DNA of 64,000 nucleotides, from contig CM082592.2 of the NCBI GenBank assembly GCA_040954595.2, positions 496,001 to 560,000 on the forward strand, given 5' to 3'. The notes beneath the pieces were generated by a model that was not told the origin of the DNA, made no database searches, and saw only the letters and a program-made list of their open reading frames with translations. This document shows, piece by piece, positions 50,901 through 64,000 of this stretch. This DNA comes from Balanoglossus misakiensis. Taxonomy: Eukaryota; Animalia; Hemichordata. A program made the position numbers and the translations under genes. Position 1 is the stretch's first letter, and each line of letters starts with the position of its first letter.

Positions 50901-53900
50901 TAAAATAAAGAATGTTTTGCTTAAAAATGACCTTTTTGGTGCAAAAACGAATAAAACGCAATTTTGTATTAAATCAGCTCATTCAGAGTGCATTTTTTAT
51001 AATCAGCACCATGTTTACATATAATGGAAATTTCATACATCATCAGATATCCAAATATGAAAAAATGATTTAGATTTTAGATGATTGTCCAAAATTAGCT
51101 GATATCTAACAAATGTAGTATTGAACCGTTCTGTTCCCCCCCCCCCTTACATTATATGCGGTAGGCCGATGTCAGCTTACCCGGCAGTACTGTAGGCCGT
51201 GCCCCCAACAAACGTCGGTGTTTGAAACGCCCTGGTTAAATTCGGGCTCTCTCTTTAAATTGACAGGAAATAATGCAGTCCTATCGGAACAAATGTCAAG
51301 TGTTGAACCGCTGTGACTTTCCCTGTTCGGTTTGCCCGACTTAGCCAACGTCTTTGTACTAGAGTGTCGGGTCTTTTGCAGAGCCAGGCCGAAGGAAATC
51401 CGACTTGATCACCGTTGCTAACGAACGCTAGTGTCTGTCATGGTGTGCCGGGGTTTTAGTCGAGCCAGGCCGTAGGAGATCTGACTTGATCATCGTGGTC
51501 AATGTACGCGTGTTTCCGCTCTAAAGTGCCGGGGCTTCAGCTAAACCAGGCCGTAGGAAATCCGACGTAATCACCGTTGATAACTTACGCCAGTCTGTGT
51601 CATATAGAGCCGGTGCACCAGCCGAGTCACGCCGTAGGAAATCTGACTTGATCAACGTGGTCAATGTACGCCTGTTTCTGCTCTAGAGTGCCGGGGCTTC
51701 AGCTGAGCCAGGCCGTAGGAAACCCGACGTGATTACCGTTGTTAACTTACGCCAGTCTGTGTCCTATATATAGTGCCGGGGCATCAGCCGTGCCAGGCCG
51801 AAGGAAATGTGAGTAGATCAACGTGGTCTCTGTACGCGTGTTTCTGCTCTAGAGTGCCAGGGCTTTAGCCAAGCCATGCCGTAGGAAATCTGACTTGATC
51901 AACGTTGCTAACGAACGCTAGTGTCTGTCATAGTGTGCCGGGGTTTTAGTCGAGCCAAGCCGTAGGAGATCAGACTTGATCAACGTGGTCTCTGTACGCG
52001 TGTTTCTGCTCTAGAGTGCCGGGGCTTTATCTAAGCCATGCCGTAGAAAATCTGACTTGATCACCGTTGCTAACGTACGCTAGTGTCTGTCATATTGTGA
52101 CGGAGATTTAGCCGAGCCAGGCCGTAGAAAAATCGACTTGTTCAACGTTACCAGTGTGCAACTGTTTCTGCTCTAGAGTGTCAGGGTTTTAGCCGATTTA
52201 TGCTGTAGGAAATCTGAGTTGATGAACGGGAATTCAATGATAGAAAACCCGTGTGGAAAGTATCTCTACCCGTTTGAAACTAAGAAAAGAATTTATTCTT
52301 ATTTATTTTGTAAAAAAGACAATTTTTCGAAAAAAAGTTGAAAATGGTAATTTTGTCTTGGGTGATTCAAATTATACCACCTTTTCTGGAATTTGCAGCA
52401 CTTTTTGCAAGAGAACGACACTTCATGCTCCATAATATTTCCGAAAATGAAGAAAAGAGTTAATTTTTTATGATTTTTTAAAAATTTACCATTTTTGTCA
52501 AAATATGGCCAAAATGGCTATTTTTTTTGAATTCCGTCAATATCTCTGCATTTTTGGAGTGGTCGAAAGTTTTAACATACAATCAACATGTCATTATGAT
52601 CGGGGCACCAAATTCGAAGAACAAAGGTTTTTTAATTTTTTTTCTAAAAATGACATTTTCAAGGAAAAATTGGTAAAACGCAATTTTGTCTGCAGTGAGC
52701 CAAATTAGACGGTCTTTTGTGGAATTTGTATCGATATAAACATACGAAGAGCATTCTATACTCCATGAGATTTCCGAAAATGTAGAAAACAGGTATTTTT
52801 TGTAATTTTCAAAAATTTTCCATTTTGACCAAATTGTGCTAAAATTGTTATTTTCGTGTTGAATGCCGCCAGTGTCAATGCTTTTAAAAGTCATAAAAAC
52901 TTTTAACATACAAGCAATTCTTTATATATGATCAGGTCACCGAATTAAAAAAAAAAGAATGTTTTGCCTAAAAATGACCTTTTAGGTGCAAAAACGAATA
53001 AAACGCAATTTTGTATTAAATCAGAATGCATTTTTTATAATCAGCACCATTTTTACATGTAATGGAAATTTCATACATCATCAGATATCCAAATATGAAA
53101 AAATGATTTAGATTTTAGATGATTGTCCAAAATTAGCTGATATCTAACAAATGTAGTATTGAACCGTTCTGTTCCCCCCCCCCCTTACATTATATGCGGT
53201 AGGCCGATGTCAGCTTACCCGGCAGTACTGTAGGCCGTGCCCCCAACAAACGTCGGTGTTTGAAACGCCCTGGTTAAATTCGGGCTCTCTCTTTAAATTG
53301 ACAGGAAATAATGCAGTCCTATCGGAACAAATGTCAAGTGTTGAACCGCTGTGACTTTCCCTGTTCGGTTTGCCCGACTTAGCCAACGTCTTTGTACTAG
53401 AGTGTCGGGTCTTTTGCAGAGCCAGGCCGAAGGAAATCCGACTTGATCACCGTTGCTAACGAACGCTAGTGTCTGTCATGGTGTGCCGGGGTTTTAGTCG
53501 AGCCAGGCCGTAGGAGATCTGACTTGATCATCGTGGTCAATGTACGCGTGTTTCCGCTCTAAAGTGCCGGGGCTTCAGCTAAACCAGGCCGTAGGAAATC
53601 CGACGTAATCACCGTTGATAACTTACGCCAGTCTGTGTCATATAGAGCCGGTGCACCAGCCGAGTCACGCCGTAGGAAATCTGACTTGATCAACGTGGTC
53701 AATGTACGCCTGTTTCTGCTCTAGAGTGCCGGGGCTTCAGCTGAGCCAGGCCGTAGGAAACCCGACGTGATTACCGTTGTTAACTTACGCCAGTCTGTGT
53801 CCTATATATAGTGCCGGGGCATCAGCCGTGCCAGGCCGAAGGAAATGTGAGTAGATCAACGTGGTCTCTGTACGCGTGTTTCTGCTCTAGAGTGCCAGGG

Positions 53901-56900
53901 CTTTAGCCAAGCCATGCCGTAGGAAATCTGACTTGATCAACGTTGCTAACGAACGCTAGTGTCTGTCATAGTGTGCCGGGGTTTTAGTCGAGCCAAGCCG
54001 TAGGAGATCAGACTTGATCAACGTGGTCTCTGTACGCGTGTTTCTGCTCTAGAGTGCCGGGGCTTTATCTAAGCCATGCCGTAGAAAATCTGACTTGATC
54101 ACCGTTGCTAACGTACGCTAGTGTCTGTCATATTGTGACGGAGATTTAGCCGAGCCAGGCCGTAGAAAAATCGACTTGTTCAACGTTACCAGTGTGCAAC
54201 TGTTTCTGCTCTAGAGTGTCAGGGTTTTAGCCGATTTATGCTGTAGGAAATCTGAGTTGATGAACGGGAATTCAATGATAGAAAACCCGTGTGGAAAGTA
54301 TCTCTACCCGTTTGAAACTAAGAAAAGAATTTATTCTTATTTATTTTGTAAAAAAGACAATTTTTCGAAAAAAAGTTGAAAATGGTAATTTTGTCTTGGG
54401 TGATTCAAATTATACCACCTTTTCTGGAATTTGCAGCACTTTTTGCAAGAGAACGACACTTCATGCTCCATAATATTTCCGAAAATGAAGAAAAGAGTTA
54501 ATTTATTATGATTTTTTAAAAATTTACCATTTTTGTCAAAATATGGCCAAAATGGCTATTTTTTTTGAATTCCGTCAATATCTCTGCATTTTTGGAGTGG
54601 TCGAAAGTTTTAACATACAATCAACATGTCATTATGATCGGGGCACCAAATTCGAAGAACAAAGGTTTTTTAATTTTTTTTCTAAAAATGACATTTTCAA
54701 GGAAAAATTGGTAAAACGCAATTTTGTCTGCAGTGAGCCAAATTAGACGGTCTTTTGTGGAATTTGTATCGATATAAACATACGAAGAGCATTCTATACT
54801 CCATGAGATTTCCGAAAATGTAGAAAACAGGTATTTTTTGTAATTTTCAAAAATTTTCCATTTTGACCAAATTGTGCTAAAATTGTTATTTTCGTGTTGA
54901 ATGCCGCCAGTGTCAATGCTTTTAAAAGTCATAAAAACTTTTAACATACAAGCAATTCTTTATATATGATCAGGTCACCGAATTAAAAAAAAAAGAATGT
55001 TTTGCCTAAAAATGACCTTTTAGGTGCAAAAACGAATAAAACGCAATTTTGTATTAAATCAGAATGCATTTTTTATAATCAGCACCATTTTTACATGTAA
55101 TGGAAATTTCATACATCATCAGATATCCAAATATAAAAAAAATGATTTAGATTTTAGATGATTGTCCAAAATTAGCTGATATCTAATAAATGTAGTATTG
55201 AACCGTTCTGTCCCCCCCCCCCTACATTATATGCGGTACGCCGATGTCAGCTTACCCGGCAGTACTGCAGGCCGTGCCCCCAACTAACGTCGGTGTTTGA
55301 AACGCCCTGGTTAAATTCGAGCTTTCTCTATAAATTGACAGGCAATAATGCAGTCCTACCCGAACAAATGTCAAGTGTTAAACTGCTGTGACTTTCCCTC
55401 TTCGGTTTGCCCGACTTAGCCAACGTCTTTGTACTAGAGTGTCGGGTCTTTTGCAGAGCCAGGCCGAAGGAAATCCGACTTGATCACCGTTGCTAACGAA
55501 CGCTAGTGTCTATCATGGTGTGCCGGGGTTTTAGTCGAGCCAGGCCGTAGGAGATCTGACTTGATCATCGTGGTCAATGTACGCGTGTTTCCGCTCTAAA
55601 GTACCGGGGCTTCAGGTAAACCAGGCCGTAGGAAATCCGACGTAATCACCGTTGATAACTTACGCCAGTCTGTGTCATATAGAGCCGGTGCACCAGCCGA
55701 GTCACGCCGTAGGAAATCTGACTTGATCAACGTGGTCAATGTACGCCTGTTTCTGCTCTAGAGTGCCGGGGCTTCAGCTGAGCCAGGCAGTAGGAAACCC
55801 GACGTGATTACCGTTGTTAACTTACGCCAGTCTGTGTCATATATATAGTGCCGGGGCATCAGCCGTGCCAGGCCGAAGGAAATGTGAGTAGATCAACGTG
55901 GTCTCTGTACGCGTGTTTCTGCTCTAGAGTGCCAGGGCTTTAGCCAAGCCATGCCGTAGGAAATCTGACTTGATCAACGTTGCTAACGAACGCTAGTGTC
56001 TGTCATAGTGTGCCGGGGTTTTAGTCGAGCCAAGCCGTAGGAGATCAGACTTGATCAACGTGGTCTCTGCACGCGTGTTTCTGCTCTAGAGTGCCGGGGC
56101 TTTATCCAAGCCATGCCGTAGAAAATCTGACTTGATCACCGTTGCTAACGTACGCTAGTGTCTGTCATATTGTGACGGAGATTTAGCCGAGCAAGGCCAT
56201 AGAAAAATCGACTTGTTCAACGTTACCAGTGTGCAACTGTTTCTGCTCTAGAGTGTCAGGGTTTTAGCCGACTTATGCTGTAGGAAATCTGAGTTGATGA
56301 ACGGGAATTCAACGTTAGAAAACCCTTGTGGAAAGTATCTCTACCCGTTTGAAACTAAGAAAAGAATTTATTCTTATTTATTTAGTAAAAAAGACAATTT
56401 TTCGAAAAAAAGTCGAAAATGGTAATTTTGTCTTGGGTGATTCAAATTATACCGCCTTTTCTGGAATTTGCTGCACTTCTTACAAGAGAACGACACTTCA
56501 TGCTCCATAATATTTCGGAAAATAAAGAAAAGAGTTATGTTTTTATGATTTTTTAAAAATTTACCATTTTTGTCAAAATATGGCCAAAATGGCTATTTTT
56601 TCTTGAATTCCGTCAATATCTCTGCATTTTTGGAGTGGTCGAAAGTTTTAACATACAATCAACATGTCATTATGATCGGGGCACCAAATTCGAAGAACAA
56701 AGGTTTTTTTATTTGTTTTTCTAAAAATGACATTTTCAAGGAAAATTTGGTAAAACGCAATTTTGTCTGCAGTGAGCCAAATTAGACGGTCTTTTGTGGA
56801 ATTTGTATCGATATATACATACGAAGAGCATTCTATACTCCATCAGATTTCCGAAAATGTAGAAAACAGGTATTTTTTGTAATTTTCAAAAATTTACCGT

Positions 56901-59900
56901 TTTGACCAAATTGTGGCTAAAATTGTTATTTTCGTGTTGAATGCCGCCAGTGTCACTGCTTTTAAAAGTCATAAAAACTTTTAACATACAAGCAATTGTT
57001 TATATATGATCAGGTCACCGAATTTATAAAATAAAGAATGTTTTGCCTAAAAATGACCTTTTTGGTGCAAAAACGAATAAAACGCAATTTTGTATTAAAT
57101 CAGCTCATTCAGAGTGCATTTTTTATAATCAGCACCATGTTTACATATAATGGAAATTTCATACATCATCAGATATCCAAATATGAAAAAATGATTTAGA
57201 TTTTAGATGATTGTCCAAAATTAGCTGATATCTAACGAATGTAGTATTGAACCGTTCTGTTCCCCCCCCCCCTTACATTATATGCGGTAGGCCGATGTCA
57301 GCTTACCCGGCAGTACTGTAGGCCGTGCCCCCAACAAACGTCGGTGTTTGAAACGCCCTGGTTAAATTCGGACTCTCTCTTTAAATTGACAGGCAATAAT
57401 GCAGTCCTACCGGAACAAATGTCAAGTGTTGAACCGCTGTGACTTTCCCTGTTCGGTTTGCCCGACTTAGCCAACGTCTTTGTACTAGAGTGTCGGGTCT
57501 TTTGCAGAGCCAGGCCGAAGGAAATCCGACTTGATCACCGTTGCTAACGAACGCTAGTGTCTGTCATGGTGTGCCGGGGTTTTAGTCGAGCCAGGCCGTA
57601 GGAGATCTGACTTGATCATCGTGGTCAATGTACGCGTGTTTCCGCTCTAAAGTGCCGGGGCTTCAGCTAAACCAGGCCGTAGGAAATCCGACGAAATCAC
57701 CGTTGATAACTTACGCCAGTCTGTGTCATATAGAGCCGGTGCACCAGCCGAGTCACGCCGTAGGAAATCTGACTTGATCAACGTGGTCAATGTACGCCTG
57801 TTTCTGCTCTAGAGTGCCGGGGCTTCAGCTGAGCCAGGCCGTAGGAAACCCGACGTGATTACCGTTGTTAACTTACGCCAGTCTGTGTCCTATATATAGT
57901 GCCGGGGCATCAGCCGTGCCAGGCCGAAGGAAATGTGAGTAGATCAACGTGGTCTCTGTACGCGTGTTTCTGCTCTAGAGTGCCAGGGCTTTAGCCAAGC
58001 CATGCCGTAGGAAATCTGACTTGATCAACGTTGCTAACGAACGCTAGTGTCTGTCATACTGTGCCGGGGTTTTAGTCGAGCCAAGCCGTAGGAGATCAGA
58101 CTTGATCAACGTGGTCTCTGTACGCGTGTTTCTGCTCTAGAGTGCAGGGGCTTTATCCAAGCCATGCCGTAGAAAATCTGACTTGATCACCGTTGCTAAC
58201 GTACGCTAGTGTCTGTCATATTGTGACGGAGATTTAGCCGAGCCAGGCCGTAGAAAAATCGACTTGTTCAACGTTACCAGTGTGCAACTGTTTCTGCTCT
58301 AGAGTGTCAGGGTTTTAGCCGACTTATGCTGTAGGAAATCTGAGTTGATGAACGGGAATTCAATGTTAGAAAACCCGTGTGGAAAGTATCTCTACCCGTT
58401 TGAAACTAAGAAAAGAATTTATTCTTATTTATTTTGTAAAAAAGACAATTTTTCGAAAAAAAGTTGAAAATGGTAATTTTGTCTTGGGTGATTCAAATTA
58501 TACCACCTTTTCTGGAATTTGCAGCACTTTTTGCAAGAGAACGACACTTCATGCTCCATAATATTTCCGAAAATGAAGAAAAGAGTTAATTTTTTATGAT
58601 TTTTTAAAAATTTACCATTTTTGTCAAAATATGGCCAAAATGGCTATTTTTTTTGAATTCCGTCAATATCTCTGCATTTTTGGAGTGGTCGAAAGTTTTA
58701 ACATACAATCAACATGTCATTATGATCGGGGCACCAAATTCGAAGAACAAAGGTTTTTTAATTTTTTTTCTAAAAATGACATTTTCAAGGAAAAATTGGT
58801 AAAACGCAATTTTGTCTGCAGTGAGCCAAATTAGACGGTCTTTTGTGGAATTTGTATCGATATAAACATACGAAGAGCATTCTATACTCCATCAGATTTC
58901 CGAAAATGTAGAAAACAGGTATTTTTTGTAATTTTCAAAAATTTTCCATTTTGACCAAATTGTGCTAAAATTGTTATTTTCGTGTTGAATGCCGCCAGTG
59001 TCACTGCTTTTAAAAGTCATAAAAACTTTTAACATACAAGCAATTCTTTATATATGATCAGGTCACCGAATTAAAAAAAAAAGAATGTTTTGCCTAAAAA
59101 TGACCTTTTAGGTGCAAAAACGAATAAAACGTAATTTTGTATTAAATCAGCTCATTCAGAGTGCATTTTTTATAATCAGCACCATTTTTACATATAATTG
59201 AAATTTCATACATCATTAGATATCCAAATATGAAAAAATGATTTAGATTTTAGATGATTGTCCAAAATTAGCTGATATCTAATAAATGTAGTATTGAACC
59301 GTTCTGTTTGCCCCCCCCCCCCCATACATTATATGCGGTACGCCGATGTCAGCTTACCCGGCAGTACTGCAGGCCGTGCCCCCAACTAACGTCGGTGTTT
59401 GGAACGCCCTGGTTAAATTCGGGCTTTCTCTATAAATTGACAGGCAATAATGCAGTCCTACCCGAACAAATGTCGAGTGTTGACCCGCTGTGACTTACCC
59501 TCTTCGGTTTGCCCGACTTAGCCAACGTCTTTGTACTAGAGTGTCAGGTGTTTTGCAGAGCCTGGCCGAAGGAAATCCGACTTGATCACCGTTGCTAACG
59601 AACGCTAGTGTCTGTCATGGTGTGCCGGGGTTTTAGTCGAGCCAGGCCGTAGGAGATCTGACTTGATCATCGTGGTCAATGTACGCGTGTTTCCGCTCTA
59701 AAGTGCCGGGGCTTCAGCTATACCAGACCGTAGGAAATCCGACGTAATCACCGTTGATAACTTACGCCAGTCTGTGTCATATAGAGCCGGTGCACAAGCC
59801 GAGTCACGCCGTAGGAAATCTGACTTGATCAACGTGGTCAATGTACGCCTGTTTCTGCTCTAGAGTGCCGGGGCTTCAGCTGAGCCAGGCCGTAGGAAAC

Positions 59901-62900
59901 CCGACGTGATTACCGTTGTTAACTTACGCCAGTCTGTGTCCTATATATAGTGCCGGGGCATCAGCCGTGCCAGGCCGAAGGAAATGTGAGTAGATCAACG
60001 TGGTCTCTGTACGCGTGTTTCTGCTCTAGAGTGCAGGGGCTTTATCCAAGCCATGCCGTAGAAAATCTGACTTGATCACCGTTGCTAACGTACGCTAGTG
60101 TCTGTCATATTGTGACGGAGATTTAGCCGAGCCAGGCCGTAGAAAAATCGACTTGTTCAACGTTACCAGTGTGCAACTGTTTCTGCTCTAGAGTGTCAGG
60201 GTTTTAGCCGACTTATGCTGTAGGAAATCTGAGTTGATGAACGGGAATTCAATGTTAGAAAACCCGTGTGGAAAGTATCTCTACCCGTTTGAAACTAAGA
60301 AAAGAATTTATTCTTATTTATTTTGTAAAAAAGACAATTTTTCGAAAAAAAGTTGAAAATGGTAATTTTGTCTTGGGTGATTCAAATTATACCACCTTTT
60401 CTGGAATTTGCAGCACTTTTTGCAAGAGAACGACACTTCATGCTCCATAATATTTCCGAAAATGAAGAAAAGAGTTAATTTTTTATGATTTTTTAAAAAT
60501 TTACCATTTTTGTCAAAATATGGCCAAAATGGCTATTTTTTTTGAATTCCGTCAATATCTCTGCATTTTTGGAGTGGTCGAAAGTTTTAACATACAATCA
60601 ACATGTCATTATGATCGGGGCACCAAATTCGAAGAACAAAGGTTTTTTAATTTTTTTTCTAAAAATGACATTTTCAAGGAAAAATTGGTAAAACGCAATT
60701 TTGTCTGCAGTGAGCCAAATTAGACGGTCTTTTGTGGAATTTGTATCGATATAAACATACGAAGAGCATTCTATACTCCATCAGATTTCCGAAAATGTAG
60801 AAAACAGGTATTTTTTGTAATTTTCAAAAATTTTCCATTTTGACCAAATTGTGCTAAAATTGTTATTTTCGTGTTGAATGCCGCCAGTGTCACTGCTTTT
60901 AAAAGTCATAAAAACTTTTAACATACAAGCAATTCTTTATATATGATCAGGTCACCGAATTAAAAAAAAAAGAATGTTTTGCCTAAAAATGACCTTTTAG
61001 GTGCAAAAACGAATAAAACGTAATTTTGTATTAAATCAGCTCATTCAGAGTGCATTTTTTATAATCAGCACCATTTTTACATATAATTGAAATTTCATAC
61101 ATCATTAGATATCCAAATATGAAAAAATGATTTAGATTTTAGATGATTGTCCAAAATTAGCTGATATCTAATAAATGTAGTATTGAACCGTTCTGTTTGC
61201 CCCCCCCCCCCCCATACATTATATGCGGTACGCCGATGTCAGCTTACCCGGCAGTACTGCAGGCCGTGCCCCCAACTAACGTCGGTGTTTGGAACGCCCT
61301 GGTTAAATTCGGGCTTTCTCTATAAATTGACAGGCAATAATGCAGTCCTACCCGAACAAATGTCGAGTGTTGACCCGCTGTGACTTACCCTCTTCGGTTT
61401 GCCCGACTTAGCCAACGTCTTTGTACTAGAGTGTCAGGTGTTTTGCAGAGCCTGGCCGAAGGAAATCCGACTTGATCACCGTTGCTAACGAACGCTAGTG
61501 TCTGTCATGGTGTGCCGGGGTTTTAGTCGAGCCAGGCCGTAGGAGATCTGACTTGATCATCGTGGTCAATGTACGCGTGTTTCCGCTCTAAAGTGCCGGG
61601 GCTTCAGCTAAACCAGACCGTAGGAAATCCGACGTAATCACCGTTGATAACTTACGCCAGTCTGTGTCATATAGAGCCGGTGCACAAGCCGAGTCACGCC
61701 GTAGGAAATCTGACTTGATCAACGTGGTCAATGTACGCCTGTTTCTGCTCTAGAGTGCCGGGGCTTCAGCTGAGCCAGGCCGTAGGAAACCCGACGTGAT
61801 TACCGTTGTTAACTTACGCCAGTCTGTGTCCTATATATAGTGCCGGGGCATCAGCCGTGCCAGGCCGAAGGAAATGTGAGTAGATCAACGTGGTCTATGT
61901 ACGCGTGTTTCTGCTCTAGAGTGTCGGGGCTTTATCTAAGCCATGCCGTAGAAAATCTGACTTGATCACCGTTGCTAACGTACGCTAGTGTCTGTAATAT
62001 TGTGACGGAGATTTAGCCGAGCCAGGCCGTAGAAAAATCGACTCGTTCAACGTTACAAGTGTGCAACTGTTTCTGCTCTAGAGTGTCAGGGTTTTAGCCG
62101 ACTTATGCTGTAGGAAATCTGAGTTGATGAACGGGAATTTAATGTTAGAAAACCCGTGTGGAAAGTATCTCTACCCGTTTGAAACTAAGAAAAGAATTTA
62201 TTCTTATTTATTTTGTAAAAAAGACAATTTTTCGAAAACAAGTCGAAAATGGTAATTTTGTCTTAGGTGATTCAAATTATACCACCTTTTCTGGAATTTG
62301 CAGCACTTTTTACAAGAGAACGACACTTCATGCTCCATAATATTTCCGAAAATGAAGAAAAGAGTTTATTTTTTATGATTTTTTAAAAATTTACCATTTT
62401 TGTCAAAATATGGCCAAAATGGCTATTTTGTCTTGAATTCCGTCAATATCTCTGCATTTTTGGAGTTGTCGAAAGTTTTAACATACAATCAACATGTCAT
62501 ATATGATCAGGGCACCAAATTCGAAGAACAAAGGTTTTTTTTATTTTTTTTTCTAAAAATGACATTTTCAAGGAAAATTTGGTAAAACGCAATTTTGTCT
62601 GCAGTGAGCCATATTAGACTGTCTTTTTTTTGGAATTTGTATCGATATATACATACGAAGAGCATTCTATACTCCATCAGATTTCCGAAAATGTAGAAAA
62701 CAGGTATTTTTTGTAATTTTCCAAAATTTTCCATTTTGACCAAATTGTGCTAAAATTGTTATTTTCGTGTTGAATGCCGCCAGTGTCACTGCTTTTAAAA
62801 GTCATAAAAACTTTTAACATACAATTAATTATTTATATATGATCAGGTCACCGAATTAAAAAAATAAAGAATGTTTTGCCTAAAAATGACCTTTTAGGTG

Positions 62901-64000
62901 CAAAAACGAATAAAACGTAATTTTGTATTAAATCAGCTCATTCAGAGTGCATTTTTTATAATCAGCACCATTTTTACATATAATTGAAATTTCATACATC
63001 ATTAGATATCCAAATATGAAAAAATGATTTAGATTTTAGATGATTGTCCAAAATTAGCTGATATCTAATAAATGTAGTATTGAACCGTTCTGTTTGCCCC
63101 CCCCCCCCCCTTACATTATATGCGGTACGCCGATGTCAGCTTACCCGGCAGTACTGCAGGCCGTGCCCCCAACAAACGTCGGTGTTTGGAACGCCCTGGT
63201 TAAATTCGGGCTTTCTCTATAAATTGACAGGCAATAATACAGTCCTACCCGAACAAATGTCGAGTGTTGACCCGCTGTGACTTACCATCTTCGGTTTGCC
63301 CGACTTAGCCAACGTCTTTGTACTAGAGTGTCTGGTCTTTTGCAGAGCCAGGCCGAAGGAAATCCGACTTGATCACCGTTGCTAACGAACGCTAGTGTCT
63401 GTCATGGTGTGCCGGGGTTTTAGTCGAGCCAGGCCGTAGGAGATCTGACTTGATCATCGTGGTCAATGTACGCCTGTTTCTGCTCTAGAGTGCCGGGGCT
63501 TCAGCAAAACCAGGCCGTAGGAAACCCGACGTGATTACCGTTGTTAACTTACGCCAGTCTGTGTCCTATATATAGTGCCGGGGCATCAGCCGTGCCAGGC
63601 CGAAGGAAATGTGAGTAGATCAACGTGGTCTCTGTACGCGTGTTTCTGCTCTAGAGTGCCAGGGCTTTAGCCAAGCCATGCCGTAGGAAATCTGACTTGA
63701 TCAACGTTGCTAACGAACGCTAGTGTCTGTCATAGTGTGCCGGGGTTTTAGTCGAGCCAAGCCGTAGGAGATCAGACTTGATCAACGTGGTCTCTGTACG
63801 CGTGTTTCTGCTCTAGAGTGCCGGGGCTTTATCCAAGCCATGCCGTAGAAAATCTGACTTCATCACCGTTGCTAACGTACGCTAGTGTCTGTCATATTGT
63901 GACGGAGATTTAGCCGAGCCAGGCCATAGAAAAATCGACTTGTTCAACGTTACCAGTGTGCAACTGTTTCTGCTCTAGAGTGTCAGGGTTTTAGCCGACT
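32974..64000. repeat. Uninterrupted array of ~15 composite satellite units (1.89-2.22 kb)
   Basis: The unit marker gtggaaagtatctctacccg recurs at 33642, 35859, 37752, 39971, 42179, 44078, 46127, 48166, 50202, 52253, 54291, 56328, 58379, 60268 and 62158. Confidence 0.97.

Noticed and set aside
24238-63280. Recurrent short ORFs (MESISTRL…, MNRSVPPP…, MAKMAIFF…, MLKVFMTF…)
   Set aside because: They lie in satellite DNA, many have non-ATG starts, they appear and disappear with homopolymer length, and they show no recognisable domain.

Overview
This is animal (probably invertebrate) genomic DNA dominated by a ~1.9-2.2 kb composite tandem satellite: about 19 full or partial units, each with an AT-rich block of degenerate ~167-bp monomers, a poly-C linker and ~8-12 monomers of 81 bp. 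Two insertions interrupt it, both with exact target-site duplications (TSDs). (1) A 22.2-kb DNA transposon (1214-23451) has TAT...ATA termini, ~250-bp terminal inverted repeats (TIRs), 78-bp subterminal repeats and a 6-bp TSD (GTCTGT). It encodes a 12-exon IS3EU-type DDE transposase with one in-frame stop. It also carries two minus-strand genes linked to the ubiquitin system: a spliced gene ending in a UBX-like domain and a BTB-BACK-PHR gene. Nested inside it are several MITEs and an unusual X-Y3 module array sitting in an (AT)n microsatellite. (2) A full-length 5.0-kb L1/Tx1-type LINE (27949-32973) has a 13-bp TSD, a poly-A tail and a TGATG overlap between ORF1 and ORF2. Most short ORFs in the supplied track are satellite artefacts. 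All family and domain calls are by eye; no database search was run.
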